From Candidatus Latescibacterota bacterium (GTDB lineage: Bacteria; Latescibacterota; UBA2968; GCA-2709665), in NCBI GenBank assembly GCA_965226795.1, contig CBDDDZ010000002.1, positions 160,001-224,000 on the forward strand: a stretch of 64,000 nucleotides of DNA, given 5' to 3'. A program made the position numbers and the translations under genes. The notes below the pieces were generated by a model. The model was not told the origin of the DNA. It saw only the letters and a program-made list of their open reading frames with translations, and did not search any database. Positions within the stretch are counted from its first letter, which is position 1. Each line of letters opens with the position of its first letter. This document shows positions 1 through 9,128 of this stretch, one piece after another.

Positions 1-81
1 GAAAACGCAAAAATGTACTTTAAAACCCCCGATGATTTCGATCGCGTGTGGCGTGAGGAACTAGGCGATGAAGAAGAATAA
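1..81 (+). CDS. 3' end of an upstream gene, possibly a STAS-like (DUF4325) protein
   Basis: Frame 1 reads ENAKMYFKTPDDFDRVWREELGDEEE* and overlaps the PIN start at 68; the NAKxYF tail resembles DUF4325 proteins found before such PIN genes (recollection). Confidence 0.4.
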   Translation, partial: ENAKMYFKTPDDFDRVWREELGDEEE

Positions 82-622
82 GGCGTACGACTTGGCTGCA
101 TATCCGTTCAGCAGAGGCGAGACTTTTTTGCTTGATGCCAACGTCTGGCTCTATTTGTATCCACCGCCATCCGGGAACGGGAGCAAAATCACCGCGCAAT
201 ATAGTAACGGCTTAAAGTCCATTCGATCTGTAGGTTCGCCGTTGATTATGGACGCTATGGTGTTGAGTGAATACTTGAATACCTATTGTCGCATTGAATG
301 GAAGGCTCTACACCTGACCCGGTATCCCAATTTCAAATCATTTCGCAAATCGGCGGCCTTCAGTGGGGTCGGCAAAGGTGCGGCATCCTTTGCAACGTCC
401 ATGCTCAAGCTCTGTGTGCGCCACGATCATCCGTTTGCCACGGCCAATATCAAGCAAGTGCTGGCAGATTTTACAGCGGGAGTGACTGATTTCAATGACG
501 GATTGCTGGCTGAAACCTGTCGTCACAATGGCTGGAAACTGATTACGAACGACGTCGACTTCAGGACGGGAGGGATAGAAGTGTTAACCGCAAACTCAAG
601 ACTCCTGGCAGCATGCCAATGA
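68..622 (+). CDS. PIN-domain ribonuclease
   Basis: Acidic PIN motifs LLDANVW, VLSEY, DFNDGLL and ITNDVDF. Confidence 0.85.
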   Translation: MKKNKAYDLAAYPFSRGETFLLDANVWLYLYPPPSGNGSKITAQYSNGLKSIRSVGSPLIMDAMVLSEYLNTYCRIEWKALHLTRYPNFKSFRKSAAFSGVGKGAASFATSMLKLCVRHDHPFATANIKQVLADFTAGVTDFNDGLLAETCRHNGWKLITNDVDFRTGGIEVLTANSRLLAACQ

Positions 623-828
623 AGGCTTTCACAATACGTGCATCGACCTCACCCTATATCTTAATGCCATCGCCGAGGCAAATCCCCGGCCGAGCGCGTT
701 CGTCTCCAAACGTCTGACGAACTGAGTCAGGCGTCTTGCGATCTACGCGACGCAGTCGAAGAGAATTCTTGTCTGAGTTCATCTGACATATCCTGAGGAG
801 AGGTCGAAGTAAGATCTGAATTGCCCGT

Positions 829-863
829 GAGGATAGCCTGCCTGACACAGGCCGGCTATCCTC
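829..863. repeat. Strong hairpin upstream of the higA-like gene
   Basis: GAGGATAGCC-t-GCCTG-aca-CAGGC-c-GGCTATCCTC. Confidence 0.7.
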
Positions 864-881
864 GCAGGCGGAGAACAACTG

Positions 882-1330
882 ATGGCGACGAACCAGTACC
901 GCCCCGACTATGCGGTTCCCCCTGGTTGGGTCCTGGCGGAAAGACTTTCGGCCCAGGATATTTCGCGCGCGGAGTTTGCGCGACGATGTGATCGATCGGC
1001 GAAACTCATCAGCGAGATTATCTCGGGGAAAGCCGCCATAGAGCCGCAGACAGCGCTTCAGTTCGAAAGGGTGCTGGGGGTCGATGCGGATATCTGGTTG
1101 GATATTGAGAAGGACTATCAGTTGCACCAGATCCGACAAGCCGGGGCCAGGGAAGCGTAGCCGGTAGCGGCGCCGAAGGCGCATTCGCGAGTTCGGACAT
1201 TTGCCGCTTTGCCGATGAGCAGGGCATAGCTCCAGGTATTGTTGTCGGAAGACTCCAGCACGAGGAGCGTCTGCCGTGGAGAAGCCGACTCAATAGATTA
1301 AAGGTACCGCTGGAATGGTCGGAGGGTTGA
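882..1330 (+). pseudogene. HigA-family HTH antitoxin / ImmA-IrrE fusion with internal deletion
   Basis: 882-1160 is an Xre HTH (PDYAVPPGWVLAERL...LISEIISGKAAI); about 1172-1330 encodes the typical C-terminus FADEQGIAPGIVVGRLQHE...LKVPLEW*; the HExxH peptidase middle is missing. Confidence 0.75.
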
Positions 1331-1381
1331 TGTGGAACCAGAAAACCCCCCACGATGGGCGCCGGATCGGAGAACAAAGAC

Positions 1382-2914
1382 ATGGATCAGCTAGCCGCCA
1401 AAGACGTGCTTGAACTCGAAGTGTCCGATTTCGGGCCGATCGTTAATGCCAAGATCGATCTGCGCCCGCTGACGGTATTCGTCGGACCGAGCAATACAGG
1501 AAAATCTTATCTGGCGATTCTGATCTATGCGCTGCATGTGTATTTTACGGGTAGATCGACCACTTCGCGGTTCTTCTTGAACTATGAGAGGCTTCTTAAT
1601 CTCGGTCCAAGCTTTGTAGACAGGGAAACTCTCAACGCGCTCAACGAATTTCTGAAGCAAGTGACGAACGGGATAGGAGATATCCGGAGCGAAAAAGAAG
1701 CTGTTCTTCCCATCCCTATTGTCAAGGCAATTTGCTCAATGTTTGAGTTACAGAACGATCAACTCCACAGTGAAATCGAAAGGTGCTTTGGGATCGACAG
1801 TGCCAGCGCACTTATCCGGAAAGGGAACAGGCGATGTGCGCGGATTGTATTACGGAAATCTACTTCAAGGGATTCGGCATCGTTTGAACACGAACTGATT
1901 CTGAAGTCTAATGCACCAGAATTCGTGACGGCGATGCCTAATGTGGAACAACTGAGGGTTAAACTCGACGATAGGAAAGAGTTCGTTGAGTACTACGACC
2001 GCCTGAAGAATACGTTCTTGAGAGCTGATCAAATGGGCCAGGATTCGTATCGACAAGCCTTGGGGCCAATCAATCATTTGCTTGGACTCGCTCTTCCGCA
2101 CCTTGTAGGTTCCCTTTATCGCGCGGCATTCTATCTCCCCGCCGATCGAACCGGCGTGATGAATAGCCATCAGGTGGTAGTGAGTGCGTTGATCCAGAAC
2201 GCTACAACTGCCGGTCTGCGTCCCGATGAAGAAACTCCAATGCTGTCGGGTGTTTTGGGTGATTTTCTGCAAAACTTGCTCGTATTGCCCAGCGCGGCAA
2301 TTCGTCAAAGCACGTCCAGGAAACATCTGGGTGCGCGAATTGAAGATCTGATTCTCGGCGGATCGATTCAGGTCGAAAGATCGGAGTTGATTAGCTACCC
2401 GCACTTCACCTACCAGCCATCGGGATGGAAACATCCGATGCCGTTGATGAATGCCTCTTCCATGGTATCGGAAATCGCACCGGTAGTGATGTTTCTTCGC
2501 CATCTGGTCAGCCCCGGCTGCACGCTCATTATCGAAGAACCCGAGTCACACCTGCACCCTGCCATGCAGGTCGAATTTACCCGTCAGATCGCCGCGCTTG
2601 TTAAGGCGGGAGTCAGGGTAATCGTCACGACGCACAGCGAGTGGGTACTTGAGGAACTCGCCAACATCGTGCGACGCTCCGAACTTCCCGAGTGCCGTCG
2701 AAAGGACATACCCAACGGCGAATTTGCCCTTCGTCCCCAGCAGGTGGGGGCATGGCTGTTCAAGCAGAAGCGTCGACCGAAGGGGTCGATCGTCGAAGAA
2801 ATTCGATTCGATCCGGATGCCGGTGGGCTCGAGAGTGATTTCAGCGAAGTTGCCGAGCAACTTTACAATGAGTGGGCGACGATCGGTAACCGTATTGCAG
2901 GAAGCACCGAGTAA
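1382..2914 (+). CDS. ABC/AAA-family ATPase (AAA_15/AAA_21 type), defence-associated
   Basis: Walker A GPSNTGKS, signature-like ASSMVSE, Walker B IIEEPESHLHP and H-loop TTHS; ORF is open from 1355. Confidence 0.85.
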   Translation: MDQLAAKDVLELEVSDFGPIVNAKIDLRPLTVFVGPSNTGKSYLAILIYALHVYFTGRSTTSRFFLNYERLLNLGPSFVDRETLNALNEFLKQVTNGIGDIRSEKEAVLPIPIVKAICSMFELQNDQLHSEIERCFGIDSASALIRKGNRRCARIVLRKSTSRDSASFEHELILKSNAPEFVTAMPNVEQLRVKLDDRKEFVEYYDRLKNTFLRADQMGQDSYRQALGPINHLLGLALPHLVGSLYRAAFYLPADRTGVMNSHQVVVSALIQNATTAGLRPDEETPMLSGVLGDFLQNLLVLPSAAIRQSTSRKHLGARIEDLILGGSIQVERSELISYPHFTYQPSGWKHPMPLMNASSMVSEIAPVVMFLRHLVSPGCTLIIEEPESHLHPAMQVEFTRQIAALVKAGVRVIVTTHSEWVLEELANIVRRSELPECRRKDIPNGEFALRPQQVGAWLFKQKRRPKGSIVEEIRFDPDAGGLESDFSEVAEQLYNEWATIGNRIAGSTE

Positions 2915-3381
2915 TGTGTGGCTTAGTCGAACAGCTGAAAAATGGACTTCCTGAAGGGACCATCGTTAAGAGATGCTCGAAAGAGGGTTGCAAGGTTCCG
3001 TTGAAAAACGCCCCGTCGCCGCATCTGGTTATGGATTTGGATCACCCTTATTTCGACCTGAAGGATAAGACACATTGCGATTTTCTGTTCATCAGTTGCG
3101 ACTGCAATGGTGGTGCCAACTGGGTTGTGCCGCTGGAACTAAAACGCGGCAGTCCGGATGCAACAGAAATGGTATCGCAGCTTCAGGCAGGATCAGGCGT
3201 CGCCCAAGCTAGGATTCCTGAAAAACACAGGGCGCAATTCCTTCCGGTGGATGCCTTCGGAGGTCGTTTGCATATAATACAAAGAGACAAGCTCAGAAAG
3301 GCTCGAATCTCGTTTCGGAGGAAAGAATACGAAATTAGACTCATCCGATGCGGGACTCCCCTGAAAACCGCTCTTCCGTGA
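2914..3381 (+). CDS. Small PD-(D/E)xK-like nuclease partner of the ATPase
   Basis: HCDFLF...VPLELKRG motif; TAATG stop/start overlap with the ATPase. Confidence 0.55.
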   Translation: MCGLVEQLKNGLPEGTIVKRCSKEGCKVPLKNAPSPHLVMDLDHPYFDLKDKTHCDFLFISCDCNGGANWVVPLELKRGSPDATEMVSQLQAGSGVAQARIPEKHRAQFLPVDAFGGRLHIIQRDKLRKARISFRRKEYEIRLIRCGTPLKTALP

Positions 3382-3394
3382 GTACAAAATCCTT

Positions 3395-6300
3395 ATGACT
3401 CCTCCACGCAAAAAACTCATCGAAGTCGCCCTTCCGCTTGACGCTATAAATGCTGCATCCGCCCGGGAAAAGTCCATCCGTCACGGCCACCCCTGCACCC
3501 TCCACCTCTGGTGGGCGCGGCGGCCATTGGCGGCAGCGCGGGCGGTGATCTTCGCGCAGATGGTGGATGATCCATCGGGGCACCCGGATCTGTTTCCGAC
3601 CGAGGCTGATCAGGAGAAAGAACGCCAACGCCTGTTTCGCCTTATCGAGGAATTGGTGAAGTGGGAGAACACCACCAACGAGGCCGTTCTGGAACGGGCT
3701 CGGTCTGAGATACGGAAAAGCTGGCGTCGAACCTGCGCCGATAATGCTGACCATCCACGTGCCAGCGAGTTGTTCGACCCGGATAAACTACCGGCATTCC
3801 ACGACCCTTTCGCCGGTGGCGGCTCGTTGCCGCTGGAGGCCCAGCGCCTGGGTCTCGAAGCCTATGCCAGTGACCTCAACCCGGTGGCGGTGCTCATCAA
3901 CAAGGCGATGATCGAGATCCCGCCGAAGTTCGCAGGAAGGCCACCGGTTAATCCTGAAGCGCGGGCGAAGTATTTGGACGCGCGTACATCGCGCACGAAT
4001 GAGCCCTTGCTGGGTGTGCGGGCGTCCCGCCCGCACAATGCTTGGCACAGCCGCGGATATCTTCCGCATCTGGATCAACCTGACATCATTCAGTCCATCA
4101 CGTTTCGCCTTGCTGATTCAGTCCCGGCCGATGTCATTGCCGCATGGAAGAGCGAATTGGCGCTCAAAGGCAGGGAGGCCGCGAGCGATCCCAGATGCGC
4201 GGAGTTGCGTGAGAGAATTGAACGATACGCTGGACAGGGACATGGAGCCTGCTGGCTAAGAGATGAGCGGATAGCGGGTCAAGTCGAAGACGCCCTACTT
4301 CACTTTGACGGCGTACGCTACCGCTTGCTGTCGTGGGTCATCATGCCCAATCACGTGCATGCGCTGATCGAAACGACTCCCGGCTTTCCACTTGAGGCCG
4401 TCGTTCATTCGTGGAAATCGTTTACAGCCAAGCAAGTTAACAAAATACTTGGCCGGAGCGGCCAGGTCTGGGAAGAGGACTACTTCGACCGTTATATCCG
4501 CGATGAAAATCATCTATCAACTGTGGTAGACTACATCGAGCAGAACCCTGTAAAAGCGGGTTTGGTTGACACGGCCAGCGATTGGCGTTGGAGCAGCGCA
4601 TCAAGAAATGGCAGCAATACAAAACTTGGAGGAACTGCAAGGGAAAATGCGGACGGGACGTCCGCGTTCCCAGGATTGTGGACCGGAGCAAAAGGCCTCG
4701 CGGAGGACGTACGCTATTACGGCCGGTGGATGCGCGACGAAGCCGAGAAACGAATCGGACATCTCTATCCTAAGATCGAGGTTACCCCGGAGATGGTACG
4801 GGAACGCCCCGACCTAAAGAAGTACGAGGACCGCAAATTGACGGTGATAGCGTGGCTATGGGCGCGGACGGTGAAAAGCCCGAACCCGGCTTTCGCCGAC
4901 ATCGAAGTGCCGCTGGCGTCGACTTTTGTGTTGTCCACGAGAAGGGGGAAGGAAGCCTATGTCGAGCCGGTGATTGAAGGCCGTGGGTATCGGTTTGCTG
5001 TGAAGGCGGGAACTCCGTCGGATCCCCAGACAGCGAAGGCCGGGACCAAACTATCGCGAGGAGCGAACTTCCGCTGCTTGATGTCCGGAGCCCCAATGTC
5101 GGGGGATTACATCAAGGCCGAGGGAAAGGCCGGGCGAATGGGATCGCGGCTGATGGCGATCGTGGCCGAGGGCGACCGCGGGCGCGTGTACCTTTCGCCC
5201 ACCCAGGAGCACGAAGCGGTTGCAGACGAGGCGAATCCGGAGTGGCGGCCGGAAGTGACCATATCTGGAAGCACGCAGTATCTCGGTATCAAGCCCTATG
5301 GTATGACCCATTTCGACCAACTATTCACCCCCCGCCAACTAGCCGCCCTGACCACCTTCTCCGACTTGGTTACGGAAGCGATGGGGCGAGTCGAGCGGGA
5401 TGCTGCTACCGTCGATCTATCTAAGGACGAGCGACCCCTGCGGGATGGGGGCACTGAGGCCAAGGCGTATGCGGAGGCGGTGGGGGTGTACGTGGCGTTT
5501 GCTATTGATAAGGGAGCGAACTACTGGTCATCCCTATGCGCTTGGCATCAAACACGTGATGGGATCGTCTCCACTTTTGGACGCCAAGCATTGCCGATGG
5601 TTTGGGACTATACCGAGGCGAATCCCCTCAGTAGCTCGTCTGGTAATGTCCTGCTTGGTGTAGAGCAAGCTGCGAAGATGATCGCCTTACTTGGGGCGGG
5701 GGCTTGCGGTTTGGTGTCTCAAGAGGATGCAGCCACTCAATCAACTAGTGTGGACAAAGTCGTTTCCACTGATCCTCCCTACTACGACAACATCCCCTAC
5801 GCTGACCTGTCTGACTTTTTCTACGTCTGGCTACGGCGCTCGCTCAATCCGGTTTTCCCCAGCCTATTCGCTACACTCGCTGTCCCCAAATCCGAAGAAC
5901 TGGTCGCTTTCGCGTACCGCCAGGATGGTAAGGCAGGTGCCGAGGCCTTTTTCCTCAACGGAATGACCGAGGCGATGCGCCGCCTCGCCGAGCAAGGCCA
6001 CCATAGCTTTCCCGTAACCATATATTACGCCTTCAAGCAGTCCGAGACCAAAGGCGACGCTGGTACTTCCAGCACCGGTTGGGAGACCTTTTTGGATGCC
6101 GTCATCCGCGCTGGCTTTGCACTCACCGGCACTTGGCCGATTCGCACCGAATACACCGGGAACCTAAAGAGAAACCACGCGGCCCTTGCCTCCAGCATCG
6201 TCCTTGTCTGTCGCAAGCGTCTTGCGCGCGCGCCTCTGGCCACACGCCGCGAATTCGTCGCTGCGTTGAGAGAAGAGCTTCCTTCCGCTCTGGCTCACCT

Positions 6301-6976
6301 GCAAAGCGGCAATATCGCCCCGGTGGATCTCGCACAGGCCGCTATCGGTCCCGGCATGGCCGTGTTCACACGATACGCCAAAGTTCTCGACACCCAGGGC
6401 AATCCCGTATCGGTGGGCGAGGCATTGGCGCTGATCAATCAGATACTGGACGAGGTGCTGGCCGAACAGGAGGGAGAATTTGACGCCGACACGCGGTGGG
6501 CGCTGGCGTGGTTCGAGCAGCACGGCTTTGGCGAGGGCGAGTACGGCGTGGCGGAAACCCTGGCGAAGGCAAAGAACACCAGCATCGCCGGCATCGTCGA
6601 GGGCGGTATTCTCGCCTCCCGGGGTGGCAGGGTGCGCCTTTTGCGTCCGAACGAGTTGTCCGGCGATTGGGATCCGACGTCCGACACTCGGCTGACCGTG
6701 TGGGAGGCGGTCCACTACCTGGTCCACGCTCTTGAATCTGGCGGCGAATCAGCCGCAGCTACGCTGGTTCATCAACTAGGGGGCCTCGCCGAGACCGCAC
6801 GCGAACTGGCCTATCGACTATACGTGGTCTGCGAACGCAAAAACCGCGCCGAGGAGGCCCGCTCATACAACGGCCTCGTGCAAAGCTGGCCTGAAATCGC
6901 GCGCCTGTCGCGGGAACGAGCTCCGGCGGAGCAGGGCGACATATTTGGGGACAGAAATTCGGGAAGTGTCGCATGA
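3395..6976 (+). CDS. DUF1156 adenine DNA methyltransferase (copy 1) with in-frame RAYT domain
   Basis: [24 protein letters not shown]-terminus, motif I DPFAGGG, catalytic DPPY; about 235 aa longer than typical because of the insert. Confidence 0.92.
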   Translation: MTPPRKKLIEVALPLDAINAASAREKSIRHGHPCTLHLWWARRPLAAARAVIFAQMVDDPSGHPDLFPTEADQEKERQRLFRLIEELVKWENTTNEAVLERARSEIRKSWRRTCADNADHPRASELFDPDKLPAFHDPFAGGGSLPLEAQRLGLEAYASDLNPVAVLINKAMIEIPPKFAGRPPVNPEARAKYLDARTSRTNEPLLGVRASRPHNAWHSRGYLPHLDQPDIIQSITFRLADSVPADVIAAWKSELALKGREAASDPRCAELRERIERYAGQGHGACWLRDERIAGQVEDALLHFDGVRYRLLSWVIMPNHVHALIETTPGFPLEAVVHSWKSFTAKQVNKILGRSGQVWEEDYFDRYIRDENHLSTVVDYIEQNPVKAGLVDTASDWRWSSASRNGSNTKLGGTARENADGTSAFPGLWTGAKGLAEDVRYYGRWMRDEAEKRIGHLYPKIEVTPEMVRERPDLKKYEDRKLTVIAWLWARTVKSPNPAFADIEVPLASTFVLSTRRGKEAYVEPVIEGRGYRFAVKAGTPSDPQTAKAGTKLSRGANFRCLMSGAPMSGDYIKAEGKAGRMGSRLMAIVAEGDRGRVYLSPTQEHEAVADEANPEWRPEVTISGSTQYLGIKPYGMTHFDQLFTPRQLAALTTFSDLVTEAMGRVERDAATVDLSKDERPLRDGGTEAKAYAEAVGVYVAFAIDKGANYWSSLCAWHQTRDGIVSTFGRQALPMVWDYTEANPLSSSSGNVLLGVEQAAKMIALLGAGACGLVSQEDAATQSTSVDKVVSTDPPYYDNIPYADLSDFFYVWLRRSLNPVFPSLFATLAVPKSEELVAFAYRQDGKAGAEAFFLNGMTEAMRRLAEQGHHSFPVTIYYAFKQSETKGDAGTSSTGWETFLDAVIRAGFALTGTWPIRTEYTGNLKRNHAALASSIVLVCRKRLARAPLATRREFVAALREELPSALAHLQSGNIAPVDLAQAAIGPGMAVFTRYAKVLDTQGNPVSVGEALALINQILDEVLAEQEGEFDADTRWALAWFEQHGFGEGEYGVAETLAKAKNTSIAGIVEGGILASRGGRVRLLRPNELSGDWDPTSDTRLTVWEAVHYLVHALESGGESAAATLVHQLGGLAETARELAYRLYVVCERKNRAEEARSYNGLVQSWPEIARLSRERAPAEQGDIFGDRNSGSVA
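3974..4673 (+). mobile_element. REP-RAYT-REP cassette (Y1 HUH transposase) embedded in frame in MTase 1
   Basis: [20 protein letters not shown] motif [19 protein letters not shown], catalytic [15 protein letters not shown]; REPs at 3974-4000 (degenerate), 4010-4036 (+) and 4647-4673 (-). Confidence 0.9.
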
Positions 6977-6983
6977 CGTAACC

Positions 6984-7010
6984 CTGGGAGCGCGGGCGTC
7001 CCGCCCGCAT
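6984..7010 (+). repeat. REP hairpin (consensus copy)
   Basis: CTGGGAGCGCGGGCGTCCCGCCCGCAT, stem GCGGGCG/CGCCCGC with TCC loop; degenerate copies follow at about 7100-7156. Confidence 0.85.
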
Positions 7011-7647
7011 GTGGGACTTCAATTCTGTCCCGTAGCGCCACGATTGAGCGCCGTTTTGACGATGCCCCACGTCTTGTGGGCATGTCGTTTGGCAAACTTC
7101 TGGAAGCGCGGGCGCCTGCCCTCGATAGGGAGCGCGGGATTTACTCCCTATCGATAGCGTCAGCAGCGCCATTGCGTTGTGACAACCAACGGCGCAGATT
7201 CCGGCGCAATGCCCGCAGGCCCGCCGAACTTTCGCTGTCTCGCCGCAATAAATATTCGGCTATCCATTCCATTATCTAACCTGATCAATTCATGAATTGT
7301 CACGGATTGCAGTTTCGGGAAGTAGAAACAGGTTCCGAGTGAATCGAGAAACGGAAGGAAAGACCTGGCTGTGACGGATTTGGAGTTTTCAAGCCGCTTC
7401 AGTGGCACGTGCTGGTAACACGGTAGCGCCGGTGCGTCAGGTTGTCCTTTATGCCCCGGTCAAAAGCACAGAGGTCTCCCTGTGTTTTGGTGATGGCGAT
7501 CAAAACGTGAAGGCGGATTCAACCGGACGATGCGTTATGGAACGGACGATGCCAGATTGTAGAGGATCTTGGCATAGAGGTGTTTGAGTGGAAACGCGGT
7601 TGGCAGATGGAACGTGATTTTGGTTTTCATCTCACAGACGCGTCCGG

Positions 7648-7677
7648 CCTGCCTGCCGAGCATCCGGCGCAGGCAGG
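7648..7677. repeat. 30-bp palindromic micro-insertion (in frame)
   Basis: CCTGCCTGC-CGAGCATCCGGC-GCAGGCAGG between G and C; removal restores LKVAGRV. Confidence 0.85.
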
Positions 7678-7883
7678 CGACCTTCAAGAGGCGATTTTGC
7701 AGCGTATTATACTGGGCGTTCGTCCACTTGGTGCCGCGCAATCCCATTTCAGCCAAGGTCTGCAACAGGACATAGGCGGCGCTGTGGAGAAAGAGCCGGA
7801 AGTGATTGGCCTCGAAGGTGTGACAAGAGGTGCGATCGGAATGGAGAAAGGTCTTGTGATTCTTGATAAAGCCTTCCATCCTG

Positions 7884-7904
7884 CCTGCCTGGCCGGCAGA
7901 CAGG
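7884..7904. repeat. 21-bp palindromic micro-insertion (in frame)
   Basis: CCTGCCTG-GCCGG-CAGACAGG between G and C; removal restores YCRRGRMEG. Confidence 0.85.
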
Positions 7905-8320
7905 CCGCGTCTACAATAGACGGTTTTGTAGATGAATGAAGGGTTGGCGCGTTGCAGGTTGGTGGCCACGAAACGGATATTGTCTCCTTGCGGTGTCACT
8001 TCCGCCTTGCAGATGATGCGGCGTGGCGAAGCCCAGGTGCTGGCCTGATAGTTCCACGCGTTATATAGGCGTACGGTTTTGCCGGAAACGGCATACAGCG
8101 CTTTGGCCTGGTCCATCAAGGGCTGTGCCCTGGGCAGCAACTTGGCATTGCCGCTTTGTCCAAGGGAAAAATACACATTCTGTGTGTCACACAACGCGTG
8201 AACTTCCGGACACGAAAAATGTGAATCGCCACGCAACAGGATCGCCACATTGGGCCAGGCTCGACGCAAGTAGGCGATCACCCGTTTGAGAATCGAAACG
8301 ATCTCTTTCCCCGTGGGCCG

Positions 8321-8339
8321 CCTGCCTGCAGCAGGCAGG
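8321..8339. repeat. 19-bp palindromic micro-insertion (frameshifting)
   Basis: CCTGCCTGC-A-GCAGGCAGG between G and C; removal restores LRPGVRPTGKEI. Confidence 0.88.
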
Positions 8340-8856
8340 CACGCCAGGACGCAGAATCGTCGTGATCAACCTGCCGGTTTGCCCTTCATAGATATGCAAC
8401 GGTTGGTAGCAATGACTCTTAAATTACGCATTGAATAACGACAACTGCCCAGACCCATACACCTTATCTTCCGTATCGTCGATATCCAACAGGATGGCTT
8501 TGGGCGGTTTCTTATACGAGGCGATAAACACGTCGGCAAAGGCCTTCGCGATCCGATATAAGTCACCTCTGGTGATCCGGTTCTCGAACCGACTCATCGT
8601 GGGTTGACTGGCCAGATCCGCACCGGTCAGCGGCAACCGATCACAGGCCGCCTTGAAGCCGGGGTCCCCGCGTAACGCATTGCAGTCGTTCGCATCCTCA
8701 TACCCACACGCCATCTGAATGACACGCTGACTGACCAGGTCCGCCGTCGGGTGATCCACGTAACTGGGATGCCGACGATCTGTTATGGCCTCAATGATCC
8801 GACGCAAAATGCCGATTTTGGACGCCACCTCCCGCAGCAGCATTACCCCGCTGTCG

Positions 8857-8886
8857 CCTGTCTGCGTGCGTACACGCACAGGCAGG
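8857..8886. repeat. 30-bp palindromic micro-insertion (in frame)
   Basis: CCTGTCTG-CGTGCGTACACGCA-CAGGCAGG between G and C; removal restores GGILTSDSGVMLL. Confidence 0.85.
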
Positions 8887-9128
8887 CTGGTCAGAATACC
8901 CCCATCGAAGGCGGCTTTCACCTGTTTTCCGGAAAGACTTGCGAAAGACATCCTGTGTTGTTTATCTTGAATCTCCACGGTAGTTTCCTCCCGATTCATT
9001 GTGTTAAGGTTATTCGTCTAACCATAATATAATACAATGACTTGGGTACGGAAACTACCTTTTTTGTGAATTATTCAGGCTAATTGAACCCAAACGAAGA
9101 TTGAAAATTAAAAGGCGTTGACTCGAAG

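Larger units (their letters stand above)
7535..8999 (-). pseudogene. IS1380 DDE transposase, inactivated
   Basis: FDGG.LTS.DSG, GYEDANDC, LASQPTMSRFEN, LDIDDT, LRGDSHF and RG.ME motifs; TAA nonsense at 8424-8426 and a frameshifting 19-bp insert at 8321-8339. Confidence 0.9.
7280..9079 (-). mobile_element. IS1380-family insertion sequence
   Basis: Imperfect IRs CCTGATCAATTCATGAA (from 7280) and CCTGAATAATTCACAAA (reverse strand from 9079); CTAA duplicated at 7276-7279 and 9080-9083. Confidence 0.88.

Noticed and set aside
623..881. HigB toxin gene upstream of higA
   Set aside because: No open frame with convincing RelE/HigB motifs
3974..4673. Intein or group I/II intron explanation for the MTase insert
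   Set aside because: No N-terminal Cys/Ser block or C-terminal His-Asn + Cys/Ser/Thr, and no LAGLIDADG or RT motifs; the insert is a Y1 HUH transposase bounded by REPs
6984..7156. Short repeats as a CRISPR array
   Set aside because: Irregular spacing, degenerate copies, dispersed elsewhere in the window, and no cas genes
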